Source: Candidatus Anderseniibacteriota bacterium (GTDB taxonomy: Bacteria; Patescibacteriota; Andersenbacteria; UBA10190). From it: 64,000 nucleotides of DNA. The stretch's first letter is position 1. Each line of letters begins with the position of its first letter. Under the pieces are notes generated by a model. It was given only the letters and a program-made list of their open reading frames with translations. It was not told the DNA's origin and ran no database searches. The DNA lies in assembly GCA_040900375.1 (NCBI GenBank), contig JBBDZC010000021.1, positions 5,258-69,257 on the forward strand, given 5' to 3'. Position numbers and translations under genes: made by a program. This document shows, piece after piece, positions 9,895 through 18,849 of the stretch.

Positions 9895-10538
9895 GACAGT
9901 TATTTACTAAACGACAGGCCGACTTAACCAGCCAACGGGGCCTGACGGCTCTGGAAATTGTGATTACGGTCATGATTAGCTCTCTACTGATTGCGGCTCT
10001 TTTGCGGTTTATGTCATTCGGTCATCCGCTGGCAAAAACAGCCTATCTTCAAGCGCAATCTACTGACACTGCGCGACTCCAACTCAAACGTATCGCTAAA
10101 CTATTGCGGGAAGCACGCTATGCCGATACGGGTGCCTATCCCTTACTGGAAGTTAGTCCCCAGCGAATCATTTTCTTTGCTAATGCTGATACGGATGCAA
10201 CCACCGAACGTATTCGCTATGAACTCAATGGCACCAACCTGGAGCGAGGTATGGTTAAGCCGAGTGGAGATCCTTTAACCTACGACCTAGCCCAGGAGCA
10301 AGTGACGGTCGTTACCAGCGCCGTGCGTAATGGCAGCGACCCAATCTTTACCTACTATACTGGTGATTATCCGGCTGACCCTACACCGCTCACCCCCACC
10401 GACCTTACCGAGGTGAAGTATATTCAGTTCCGCTTGCTCATTGACGCTGACCCGGCGATTGATCCGCCGGCCATTGAAGTAGTTTCGCAGGTTCAACTAC
10501 GCAACCTTAAAACGAACCTAGGGGAGACAGTCGAGTAA
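9891..10538 (+). CDS. Minor pilin / pseudopilin with prepilin-type N-terminal signal
   Basis: TSQRG|LTALEIVITVMISSLLIA; 4-nt overlap (ATGA) with upstream pilin gene. Confidence 0.7.
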   Translation: MRQLFTKRQADLTSQRGLTALEIVITVMISSLLIAALLRFMSFGHPLAKTAYLQAQSTDTARLQLKRIAKLLREARYADTGAYPLLEVSPQRIIFFANADTDATTERIRYELNGTNLERGMVKPSGDPLTYDLAQEQVTVVTSAVRNGSDPIFTYYTGDYPADPTPLTPTDLTEVKYIQFRLLIDADPAIDPPAIEVVSQVQLRNLKTNLGETVE

Positions 10539-10551
10539 ACGGCACCGGGAC

Positions 10552-11193
10552 TTAAAAGCGAATATTCGTTTGAGGCAGGCGCTGGCGGATTTGCTCTTTA
10601 GCTTGATCGGGGAAAAGATTTTTCGTGAGAGAGAGTTCGCGGAGATTAGTCAAGTTGGCGATCTCTGGCGGCAGATTCTGGAGCTGGTTAGCATCAAGCG
10701 TAAGCCGTTCGAGGTTTGTCAATTGACCAATTTCCGGCGGTAGAATTATTAGTTTGTTGCCGCTCAAAAGCAGTGATCTAAGCTCTGGTAAGTCGCCGAT
10801 CTCGGGGGGGAGCTGGGTGAGGCCTTTAGAGTTTAAATTGAGTGTGACGAGACTGGTAAAACGGTTGATAGTGGGAGGCACGGCTTTGATCGGATCATTC
10901 TCGACGATGTGGCAGACTTTTTCTGGCTCGCGGAGGGCTTGAGCGATGCTCGTGTAAACCTTTTGCGGATCTTCCGTGCAGAACGCTTTAAAAGTTCGCC
11001 CGGTATTGGCCAGCGGCAGGGAGAGGGGTGAGGTCAGCGGTGAGGCAAGAGGAGTATTTAAGGGCCGCTTAAGAGCAAAAGTTATCAAGAAAGAAGCACC
11101 GAGCACAGTCGCTATCACCACGAGGAGAACAACAATGAGCACAGTCGTGTTCACTTTTTTTACGGGAAGCTGGGGGTTGACAGAGAGAGGCAT
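10552..11193 (-). CDS. Membrane-anchored leucine-rich repeat (LRR) protein
   Basis: N-terminal TM then five or more LxxLPPEIGxLxNLxxLxLxxNxL repeats. Confidence 0.75.
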   Translation of the reverse strand: MPLSVNPQLPVKKVNTTVLIVVLLVVIATVLGASFLITFALKRPLNTPLASPLTSPLSLPLANTGRTFKAFCTEDPQKVYTSIAQALREPEKVCHIVENDPIKAVPPTINRFTSLVTLNLNSKGLTQLPPEIGDLPELRSLLLSGNKLIILPPEIGQLTNLERLTLDANQLQNLPPEIANLTNLRELSLTKNLFPDQAKEQIRQRLPQTNIRF

Positions 11194-11330
11194 AGACAGA
11201 AGGAATAACGCTTGTATTGTACGACTAAATTAGAAAGAGTACCAGCGTTCACGAGAGAGAATACTTTTTGGCCGTCACTTGTATACCTGGTCTTAAGTGG
11301 CCAAACGCCTTACAATTATTTCTATCACCT

Positions 11331-11834
11331 ATGTTTCCTTCTCTAGGCCGCTTAGGCAACCGCGGCAGCATTATGCTGTTAGTATTAATTCTCCTTGTCG
11401 TGTTTGTGATCATCATGACCGCTTCCGTCCGTTTCATTGCGCGCCAGTCGACCCAGACTGCCAATCAAGAGCAAGAGGAGCAGGCGTTTGAGATCGCCGA
11501 TGCTGGTATTAACTACACCCTGTGGTTGCTCGATTCCGAGGGCGGCAACTTTACGCCAGAACAGCTTGAGGCAGGACCGGATGGCGGCGGTCCGCCAACG
11601 GCGGATACTGAAAATCACCTCATCCACAATGATCAGAGTGAGCTTATCGGTAGGTTTTCGCTGGATTTTTCCGATGCTGATAACGTGGCGGGAGTTTTAA
11701 CTGTCCGCGCCACGGGCAAAGACGAGATTAAACCCGATCTTTGTCAGGTGATCGAGGCGAAAGTCCAGAAAGATGCTAACGGTGAGTACCGCCTCTATCG
11801 GTGGGACCACTTGGTAGGGTATCCTTGTTCTTAA
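11331..11834 (+). CDS. PilX N-terminal-domain protein (pilus-associated, TM anchored)
   Basis: GSIMLLVLILLVVFVIIMTAS followed by AFEIADAGINYTLWLL, matching the PilX_N pattern also seen in the 14743 gene. Confidence 0.6.
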   Translation: MFPSLGRLGNRGSIMLLVLILLVVFVIIMTASVRFIARQSTQTANQEQEEQAFEIADAGINYTLWLLDSEGGNFTPEQLEAGPDGGGPPTADTENHLIHNDQSELIGRFSLDFSDADNVAGVLTVRATGKDEIKPDLCQVIEAKVQKDANGEYRLYRWDHLVGYPCS

Positions 11835-11853
11835 AGAGACATTAAGGATTATT

Positions 11854-13209
11854 ATGACCCCTTCTCGTTTACGGCACCAACGCGGCTTTTCGCTGGCGGA
11901 GGTAATTATTATGGTCGCCATTGGCACGGTGGTGATCATCGCCCTGGCTATTTTTGTCGGGCGATCATTTACGGTATCACGGGAACAGTTTGAACAGGTA
12001 CGCATCACCGAAGACGGCCGGAAAGAAATGGAGCGCATGAGTGATACTCTGCGTAACGCTAGCTACGTGGACTTAGACGGTAATGGCTACACCATGGATG
12101 TGGGTGAGCAGTGGCTGCAAGTTGGTAAAGAATACGAGATTAGGGTTTTTAGTAATGTTGACATCGATCCGGAAATGGAACTCGTGCGCTATTTTGTTGA
12201 TAGTGCCGAGCCAACCGAGCTTAAGCGAGGAGTGATTGAACCTGATGGTACAGCATATAACTCGCCCGAGAGCATCCAGATACTTTCGCGCAGCGTGCGC
12301 AACTTGCAGCAGGAGACGCCCATTTTTTCTTACTATGATGTCAATGGTGCGGCCCTTGCGCCGCCGGTGAGTGGGGACACACTCAAAGCAGTCGCGCGCG
12401 TTGGCATTGACCTGAAAATAGATATTACGGCGCAGATCCGTCCGGATTCAGCCTTGCTTTACACTGAAGTGTCACCGCGTACTAATCGGTGTTCCGCGTA
12501 TGAGGGATGCACCAGTGGTGCTGGAGATGATAGTGGCGGTACTGGCGGTACGGGTTGTGTTGATCCCGGGGGAGCACAGTTGCCTACCTGGTCGTATAAG
12601 TCGCCATCTTTTGTGGAAGACGCGGGGCAAACCTGTAAGGCGCGGTGCGAGACGGAGGGAAGTACCACCACGTGTCCCTGGTTTGTAACCTTTTCTTGGA
12701 ATGGTGACCCCGAGGGCTATGTGGCCGCCTACTGCTCATGTCAAGAAGCAGTCTACCCAATACCGTTGCCCGACAACCGACAGTACGGTCAGTACACCCA
12801 GTACTACAAAGATCGGTGGAATGGGTGTGTGGCTCAAGGCCAATCGGGTGAAGTATACTGTGATCCAGGGTATGACTTACCCCAAGACGAGCTACGCCCC
12901 TGCGGGTACCAATGTAGTGCTGCTTCCCCTGCACCGAGCCCGAGTGACGTAGCGGTTGATCTTAAAGTCAACAACAGCGATGGGCCAGTTGGTGTAAGTT
13001 ATAACGATTTTGTGACGCTTAGTTGGACTTCAGCAAACGCTACTAGTTGCACGGCGTCTGATGCCTGGTCAGGAACCAAGAGCCCCGAGGGATCAGAGGT
13101 TAACGGGCCATTAACTGATGTCACAACGCCCTATATTTTTACACTTACCTGCACGGGGCCGAGCGGGGAGGCACAAGACAGCGTGACGGTTAATGTTTCT
13201 ATTGTCTAA
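11854..13209 (+). CDS. Large cysteine-rich prepilin-like protein with C-terminal Ig-like domain
   Basis: RHQRG|FSLAEVIIMVAIG class III signal; about 18 Cys between residues 210 and 360; C-terminal beta-sandwich-like region VAVDLKVNNSDGPVGVSY...TLTCTG. Confidence 0.7.
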   Translation: MTPSRLRHQRGFSLAEVIIMVAIGTVVIIALAIFVGRSFTVSREQFEQVRITEDGRKEMERMSDTLRNASYVDLDGNGYTMDVGEQWLQVGKEYEIRVFSNVDIDPEMELVRYFVDSAEPTELKRGVIEPDGTAYNSPESIQILSRSVRNLQQETPIFSYYDVNGAALAPPVSGDTLKAVARVGIDLKIDITAQIRPDSALLYTEVSPRTNRCSAYEGCTSGAGDDSGGTGGTGCVDPGGAQLPTWSYKSPSFVEDAGQTCKARCETEGSTTTCPWFVTFSWNGDPEGYVAAYCSCQEAVYPIPLPDNRQYGQYTQYYKDRWNGCVAQGQSGEVYCDPGYDLPQDELRPCGYQCSAASPAPSPSDVAVDLKVNNSDGPVGVSYNDFVTLSWTSANATSCTASDAWSGTKSPEGSEVNGPLTDVTTPYIFTLTCTGPSGEAQDSVTVNVSIV

Positions 13210-13237
13210 GACCGAGCGGGTGGGGTATAACCTGAAT

Positions 13238-14632
13238 ATGCTGCTGACACAACGAGATTTTTTAGTGCTGGCCGTTTTCATAGGGATTGGCTTGGTGACG
13301 CATTTTTCTGTTCTCGGCTGGCCCGACCAGGTGATCTTTGATGAAGTTCATTTCGGCAAGTTTATTACCGCCTATTGCTGCACGGGCGAGCGCTTTTTCG
13401 ATATTCATCCGCCGCACGCTAAATTACTGATCGCCGGTACAAGCTGGCTGGGCGGTTACCGAGGCGGCTTTGCCTTTGACCATATTGGGCAAGTCTACGA
13501 GGGAGTCCCTATAGCTGCGATGCGCTTTGTGCCAGCGGCGGCGGGGATGATATTGCCGCTGGTGATCTTTGTGGTGATCCGCCAATTAGGCGCATCATTT
13601 GGGGTTGCGTTGGTAGGAGCTGCCGCAGTGCTGCTGGACAACGCGCTGACTATTCAAACTCGGGTGATTGCTTTGGATGGTGTGTTGCTTGTGGCTACGT
13701 TTGGTAGTTTAAGTGCGTACCTAGCGGGTGAGCGAGCTCACGGCTGGCACCAGGCCGGTTATTTCCTGTTGGCGGGGGCTTTAGCGGGGTTGGCAGCCGG
13801 GACAAAGTTTACCGGTTTAGCCGCATTGGGATTACTCGGAGCAATTGTGGTGGTACGTATGTTGCAGCGTATAGACAAACAGACCGTGATGGCTGGCATT
13901 ACTAATGGCTTACTTATTGTGGCCAGCGCGCTGATTGTGTACCTGGCGGGTTGGGTGCTGCATTTTGCACTTTTACCTCTCCCGGGGAGCGGGGATGCTT
14001 TTCATGTGCCTCATAGTTTATTGCCGCCGCAAAGGCCCAATCCCAGTAGTTTCTTGCGAGAAACAGTGGCTCTCCATAAGGTGATGTTTACCGCTAACTA
14101 TAATCTTACCGCGACTCACCCCAATGCGAGTTCATGGTGGAGTTGGCCGCTAATGCAGATGCCCGTATTCTATTGGACGGACACGGCGGGGTTGCGCCAT
14201 ATATATTTTGTCGGTAATCCGGTAGTCTGGTGGGGAGTAACGCTATTATTTGTCGTTGCCGTCTTGGTTTGGATTATTCAGCTCGGCCAGCGCCGGCGCG
14301 AAGCCGCCTCCGGCATTATATGGATTAGTGTCGTTGGCTTTTGCATTGCGATGCTGCCTCTTGTTCGTGTGCCCCGCGCTCTCTTTCTCTATCATTATTT
14401 GACACCGCTTCTCTTTTCGCTGCTAGCGGGACTTGTCTGGCTGGATCGAGAGCTAGCTCGGGTGCGCCTTACGCTAGCGGGGCAGCGGAGACTTATAGTG
14501 GGAGTCTTAGCGGTTCTCCTGGCAGGGTTTTTGTTCATGAGCCCACTGACGTATGGTTTGAAGCTGGGTGAGACCACGCTCGAGAAAGACGCTCGTTTGC
14601 AGACAATACTCTTTTGGTTGCCGGGACCATAA
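13238..14632 (+). CDS. GT39/PMT-family (GT-C fold) dolichyl-phosphate-mannose protein mannosyltransferase-like membrane glycosyltransferase
   Basis: VIFDEVHFGKF...FDIHPPHAKLL matches the PMT loop-1 DE motif; about 10 predicted TM segments. Confidence 0.75.
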   Translation: MLLTQRDFLVLAVFIGIGLVTHFSVLGWPDQVIFDEVHFGKFITAYCCTGERFFDIHPPHAKLLIAGTSWLGGYRGGFAFDHIGQVYEGVPIAAMRFVPAAAGMILPLVIFVVIRQLGASFGVALVGAAAVLLDNALTIQTRVIALDGVLLVATFGSLSAYLAGERAHGWHQAGYFLLAGALAGLAAGTKFTGLAALGLLGAIVVVRMLQRIDKQTVMAGITNGLLIVASALIVYLAGWVLHFALLPLPGSGDAFHVPHSLLPPQRPNPSSFLRETVALHKVMFTANYNLTATHPNASSWWSWPLMQMPVFYWTDTAGLRHIYFVGNPVVWWGVTLLFVVAVLVWIIQLGQRRREAASGIIWISVVGFCIAMLPLVRVPRALFLYHYLTPLLFSLLAGLVWLDRELARVRLTLAGQRRLIVGVLAVLLAGFLFMSPLTYGLKLGETTLEKDARLQTILFWLPGP

Positions 14633-14742
14633 ATTATAGCAGCTAAGGCACAGGCTCACTCTTAGATTCTTGATCTTACCCAAGGAGAGTGGCGAGTGAT
14701 CAGGTATCCCAAGTCTCGTCAGTAGTGTGCTAGGATATACGC

Positions 14743-16128
14743 ATGAGGTCCTTCTTGGCGAGGGGAAGAAGTGCGCGCCGGGGCAGTATTTTGATCATGA
14801 CATTGGTTTTTATGTCAATGTTTGCCGTCATTTTTATTGCCTTATCCGGCTTAGTCAATCGTTCGTACCGGGAGACCGTCTTGCAAGCGCACGACGAGTT
14901 GGCTTTTCAGATCGCGGAGGCAGGACTTAACTATGCCCGGTGGCGCTTGGCACATGAACCCGAAAATTTTTCGGCGGAAAGCAAGACCGTCACTGATCAG
15001 TTTGCTGGTGACTTGGGAACTTATGATCTTACTTTTGATTCACCTATTGAGGGGGGGACCATCACGGTCATTACCGCAGTGGGAAAAACTGCCTCGCAAC
15101 CACTGCGGGAGGTAACGCTGCGCGCGCGGTACGGCATACCTTCGCTGGCCCGGTACGCCTATATTACCAACAGTGATGTTCGCTATGCCGCCGTCATGAG
15201 AGGACCCTTTCACGCCAATGGCGGCATCCGCATGGACGGTACGTCGGATAGTATTGTCCAGAGCGCTAAGACCACTTATACGTGTCGGCCGATCCATGGG
15301 TGTGACAACGAGACAAAGCCGGGCGTCTGGGGTACCGGCGAGATTCAAGAACTCTGGGAATTTCCGGTCACGGCGATTGATTACAATGCCTTAACCAATG
15401 ATTTAGCAACTATGAAAACCATTGCTCAAGAGGCTACTACCTACTACGGCGCCTCGGGAGCGTTTGGCTACCAAATAGTTTTTAATGCTGATAATACGTA
15501 TGCTCTTTACCGGGTGACTCAAAAGACGAGCCCGGTAGATTCGTGTGATTATAACGCCAGTGGGGAGTTTAGCTGCACGAGTCTTTCTCATGATGTGCAA
15601 ACGATGGCGTTGCTCGAGACGAAACCAGTGCCGTCCGGCGGGGTACTTTTTATTGAAGACAACTTGTGGGTGCGGGGAGAAATTAGAGACCGGATTACCG
15701 TCGCGGCGGGGCGGTTTCCGGATTCACCGGCCACGCATGCTGATATTATTACTAACGGTAATATCACGTACGGAGGGGTTAAAGATGGCACACGGGTCTT
15801 TGGCGCCATTGCCCAGCGCAATCTGCTCATTCCTTATTCTGGTGCGCCTGATGTCTTTACCCTTGACGGGGCGTTTATTGCCCAAAAGGGAAAATTTGGA
15901 CGACGTCATTATCCTTCTGGTAGCCATCGCCTGAAAACAAGTATTGATATTTATGGCATGGTGGCCAGCAACTTAGTACCAGGGACCACGTGGACGAGTG
16001 GAGGAACAGTGGTCAGCGGCTACCAGGAGAAAGTACAATCCTATGATCCTAATCTACTTTATAATCCACCCCCTTATTTTCCAACTACGGGTCAGTACGA
16101 ATTTATTTCATGGGAAGAGGAGCAGTAA
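14743..16128 (+). CDS. Large PilX N-terminal-domain protein (pilus-associated)
   Basis: GSILIMTLVFMSMFAVIFIALSG then AFQIAEAGLNYARWRL, paralogous to the N-terminus of the 11331 gene. Confidence 0.6.
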   Translation: MRSFLARGRSARRGSILIMTLVFMSMFAVIFIALSGLVNRSYRETVLQAHDELAFQIAEAGLNYARWRLAHEPENFSAESKTVTDQFAGDLGTYDLTFDSPIEGGTITVITAVGKTASQPLREVTLRARYGIPSLARYAYITNSDVRYAAVMRGPFHANGGIRMDGTSDSIVQSAKTTYTCRPIHGCDNETKPGVWGTGEIQELWEFPVTAIDYNALTNDLATMKTIAQEATTYYGASGAFGYQIVFNADNTYALYRVTQKTSPVDSCDYNASGEFSCTSLSHDVQTMALLETKPVPSGGVLFIEDNLWVRGEIRDRITVAAGRFPDSPATHADIITNGNITYGGVKDGTRVFGAIAQRNLLIPYSGAPDVFTLDGAFIAQKGKFGRRHYPSGSHRLKTSIDIYGMVASNLVPGTTWTSGGTVVSGYQEKVQSYDPNLLYNPPPYFPTTGQYEFISWEEEQ

Positions 16129-16229
16129 GAGATCGATTAGGTCTTGGCCTATGTTACCACCACCAGCAAATGTTATACTAAATGTACACCACTACTTTGG
16201 TGGCCGTCCTACATTGGCATATACTCTAT

Positions 16230-17255
16230 ATGATCGGTATTGATATTTCTGATCGCTCTGTGAAAGTGGTGCGGCTGTCAAATCGGGCTGATCACAAGCT
16301 GCTGACGCACTGTTGGCAGGAAGTCCCTCTCAATGTCATTGAGAAAGGGGTCATTAAAGACACTAAAGTGATGCAAGAAGTGTTGCGTCATGCTCTGCAG
16401 CGGTGCAATTTGAGTTGGGATAGCAAGGATGCCGTGGTGGCTTCAATTCCAGAGACACAATCATTCTTACGGGTGATTGAAATTCCGCTCATGGACGAAA
16501 GCGAGATTGGTGAGGCAATTCAATGGGAAGTGGCTCAGCATATTCCCTTTGGTTTAGAGAATGTCTACATTGATTGGCAACCAATCCATAGCGGTAAACC
16601 GCCGACGCCGGGCCGCCACGAAGTGCTTGTCGGGGCGGCGGAAAAGAGTGTGGTTGATCCTCTCTTGCACGTGCTCGCGACGATTGGTTTAGACATTGCG
16701 GCCTTTGAATTAGAGAGCCAGGCCATTGTCCGGTCGCTGGTTTCGCGTGAACTTGAACAACATCGCGGTCTCCTGATTGTCGATTTGGGTGGCTCGGCAA
16801 CTAATGTGGTTATTTACGACCGGGGAACGATTCGCTTCACCGCCAGTTTACAGAAAGGGTCCTACAGCCTTCTCCACCCGCTCACGCCCACCGAGGCGCA
16901 AGCGGTCACTGGTCCGCCGAAAGAAATTGTGGAAGCGGACCGAGCCATGCTCGCCTCCAAGTTACAAGCTGTGCATGAAGAGTTGGTAATTGAAATTCAG
17001 GGCATTGTAGAGTTTTACAATGGCATTGACACAAACCACCAGGTTAAGGAAATTATCCTCACCGGCGGGGGCGCCAATTTACCCGGTTTCGATCAGGCAG
17101 TACTCAAGTATTTTGATAATGTGCTGGTCCATCGCGGTAATCCATGGGTTAATATCTTGCCTCCCGGGAAGGACGCTCATCCGCCTTTTGGCTTATTAGA
17201 AGCGGTTCATTTCTCCACAGCGCTGGGGTTAGCACTGCGGGCAGCGGTTAAGTAA
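16230..17255 (+). CDS. pilM: Type IV pilus assembly protein PilM (actin-like ATPase), copy 1
   Basis: MIGIDISDRSVKVV start, ASKHA fold motifs (DLGGSATNV, LTGGGANLPG). Confidence 0.85.
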   Translation: MIGIDISDRSVKVVRLSNRADHKLLTHCWQEVPLNVIEKGVIKDTKVMQEVLRHALQRCNLSWDSKDAVVASIPETQSFLRVIEIPLMDESEIGEAIQWEVAQHIPFGLENVYIDWQPIHSGKPPTPGRHEVLVGAAEKSVVDPLLHVLATIGLDIAAFELESQAIVRSLVSRELEQHRGLLIVDLGGSATNVVIYDRGTIRFTASLQKGSYSLLHPLTPTEAQAVTGPPKEIVEADRAMLASKLQAVHEELVIEIQGIVEFYNGIDTNHQVKEIILTGGGANLPGFDQAVLKYFDNVLVHRGNPWVNILPPGKDAHPPFGLLEAVHFSTALGLALRAAVK

Positions 17256-17263
17256 ATCTGGCT

Positions 17264-17800
17264 ATGAAAGAAGAAATAAATTTACTCCCACCAGCTTTTC
17301 AAAAGTTACGACGCCGGCGGATCTACCTGGTGCGTATCGGTGAGCTTATGCGCCGCATTGATTTCGTGATCATTCTCATTGGGATTGTGTTTGTCGCACT
17401 CTACGGTGCTCTTTTTAGTTTGCAGGCTAATTTGGAGCGCAAGCTCGCGGCCGCGGGTACAACCGAGCAAAGCACAGAAGAAAGAGTTCGTTCAGTTAAT
17501 GAGTTGCTGACAGCAGTCCATAGCCGTACTGTGCCGGTGCTACCATGGATGCCGGGGGTAGGGCAAATCATTCAGTTGTTGCCGCCGAGTATTGTGCTGA
17601 CAGAATTAAGATTGGACGAAGTGAAAAATGTTCTCACGATCCAGGGAATATTCTCGGATCGCCAGGCGATTGTTAAGTTTGAGCAAGAGGTGGCAGCTCT
17701 CCCCTGGGTCGAAAAAGTGGAAGCGCCCCTGCGGAATTTTGCCACGGGTGAGAAAACGGAATTTACCTTTACGGTGACTCGTAAAATAAAAAAGCCATGA
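17264..17800 (+). CDS. pilN: PilN-like protein, copy 1
   Basis: N-terminal INLLP motif followed by single TM. Confidence 0.75.
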   Translation: MKEEINLLPPAFQKLRRRRIYLVRIGELMRRIDFVIILIGIVFVALYGALFSLQANLERKLAAAGTTEQSTEERVRSVNELLTAVHSRTVPVLPWMPGVGQIIQLLPPSIVLTELRLDEVKNVLTIQGIFSDRQAIVKFEQEVAALPWVEKVEAPLRNFATGEKTEFTFTVTRKIKKP

Positions 17801-18438
17801 ACACTCTTCTCCAGGCCCGTGAGCGGCGGTTGTTGTTTAACCGGGGATTGGAACTACTGATTATCGTGGTCTTAATTATTGCTTTGTTTTACTTTCGGGA
17901 ACTCATCCATAGTAAGCGCGTCATGGTCTACCAATTGCAACGTCAGCTTGATGAGGCGCCACAATATGCCGCGCAGCAAGTTAGTTTGCGGACGGAGCTG
18001 GAGAAATCAGCCCATGATATTGTCCGGATTGAGTCCTTGCTCGTCCGACGCGAAGCGCTCGGCGATTTTGTTAGCTTATTAGAAAAGCAGGCACGGCAGA
18101 ACAGGGTGACGCTGCGGGTGCCTGACATTAAAGAAGAAATGGTCCTTAGTGCCGAAGGCAAGCCGGTGGCGGCGACCGGGCCGTATCGCGACATTCGTCT
18201 GCAAGTTACCGCGACCGGTGAGCCCAATGACTTACTCCAACTGCTCCATCAATTAGAACACCTGCCGCATGCTGTTCGTTTGCCGGCCTGGAGTATCACC
18301 ACCACTAACACAGCGGTGTTACTTGATCTTCGTCCCCAGGCACCAGTGATCGGACCTGATGGCAAAGAGGTACCAGTGGTGGCTCCTGGGGGATTACTCG
18401 AAGCCACGATGATCTTAACTATTCGCCAAGATTCATGA
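17797..18438 (+). CDS. pilO: PilO-like protein, copy 1
   Basis: Position after pilN with 4-nt overlap; N-terminal TM and coiled-coil region. Confidence 0.55.
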   Translation: MNTLLQARERRLLFNRGLELLIIVVLIIALFYFRELIHSKRVMVYQLQRQLDEAPQYAAQQVSLRTELEKSAHDIVRIESLLVRREALGDFVSLLEKQARQNRVTLRVPDIKEEMVLSAEGKPVAATGPYRDIRLQVTATGEPNDLLQLLHQLEHLPHAVRLPAWSITTTNTAVLLDLRPQAPVIGPDGKEVPVVAPGGLLEATMILTIRQDS

Positions 18439-18797
18439 AGAAAAAACTGCCGGCAATCCGTATCCGCATGGTGGGCGCGAGCCTGGGACGTGCAGCCCGC
18501 GCTGTACCCCAGTATCTGCTCTTTCAACATCCACTAGCAGTGCAGGTAGTGTTACTGCTCGTGGGTATGGGCTTGGGATTATATGTTGTCTTACGGGTAC
18601 TCTTTACTGATCCCACTGAACTCTCACTTGAGGTGTCGCAAAAGATACCGCAGCTTATGACTGAACAGTTAGATGAACTAGAGTTCTGGATCGAAGAACA
18701 GCACGCGGCATTTTCTACGCCCTTACCGCTGGGGACGCGACAATATTTTCAGGTGATTCGGGAGGGGCAAAGCCAGGTGATCCAGGAACCATTTTAG
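18435..18797 (+). CDS. Small single-TM protein, 4th gene of pilMNO module 1 (PilP-like role possible)
   Basis: 4-nt overlap with pilO; hydrophobic segment VVLLLVGMGLGLYVV. Confidence 0.4.
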   Translation: MKKKLPAIRIRMVGASLGRAARAVPQYLLFQHPLAVQVVLLLVGMGLGLYVVLRVLFTDPTELSLEVSQKIPQLMTEQLDELEFWIEEQHAAFSTPLPLGTRQYFQVIREGQSQVIQEPF

Positions 18798-18849
18798 GGG
18801 CTGGGCGTTGCGCCCGCGGATGTCGGTGGTCTAATCCCGTGGTAGTATA

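Noticed and set aside
18798-18849. GC hairpin GGGCG-TTG-CGCCC between the two pilMNO modules as terminator
   Set aside because: There is no T-run. It is noted only as a possible attenuator, which is unsupported.
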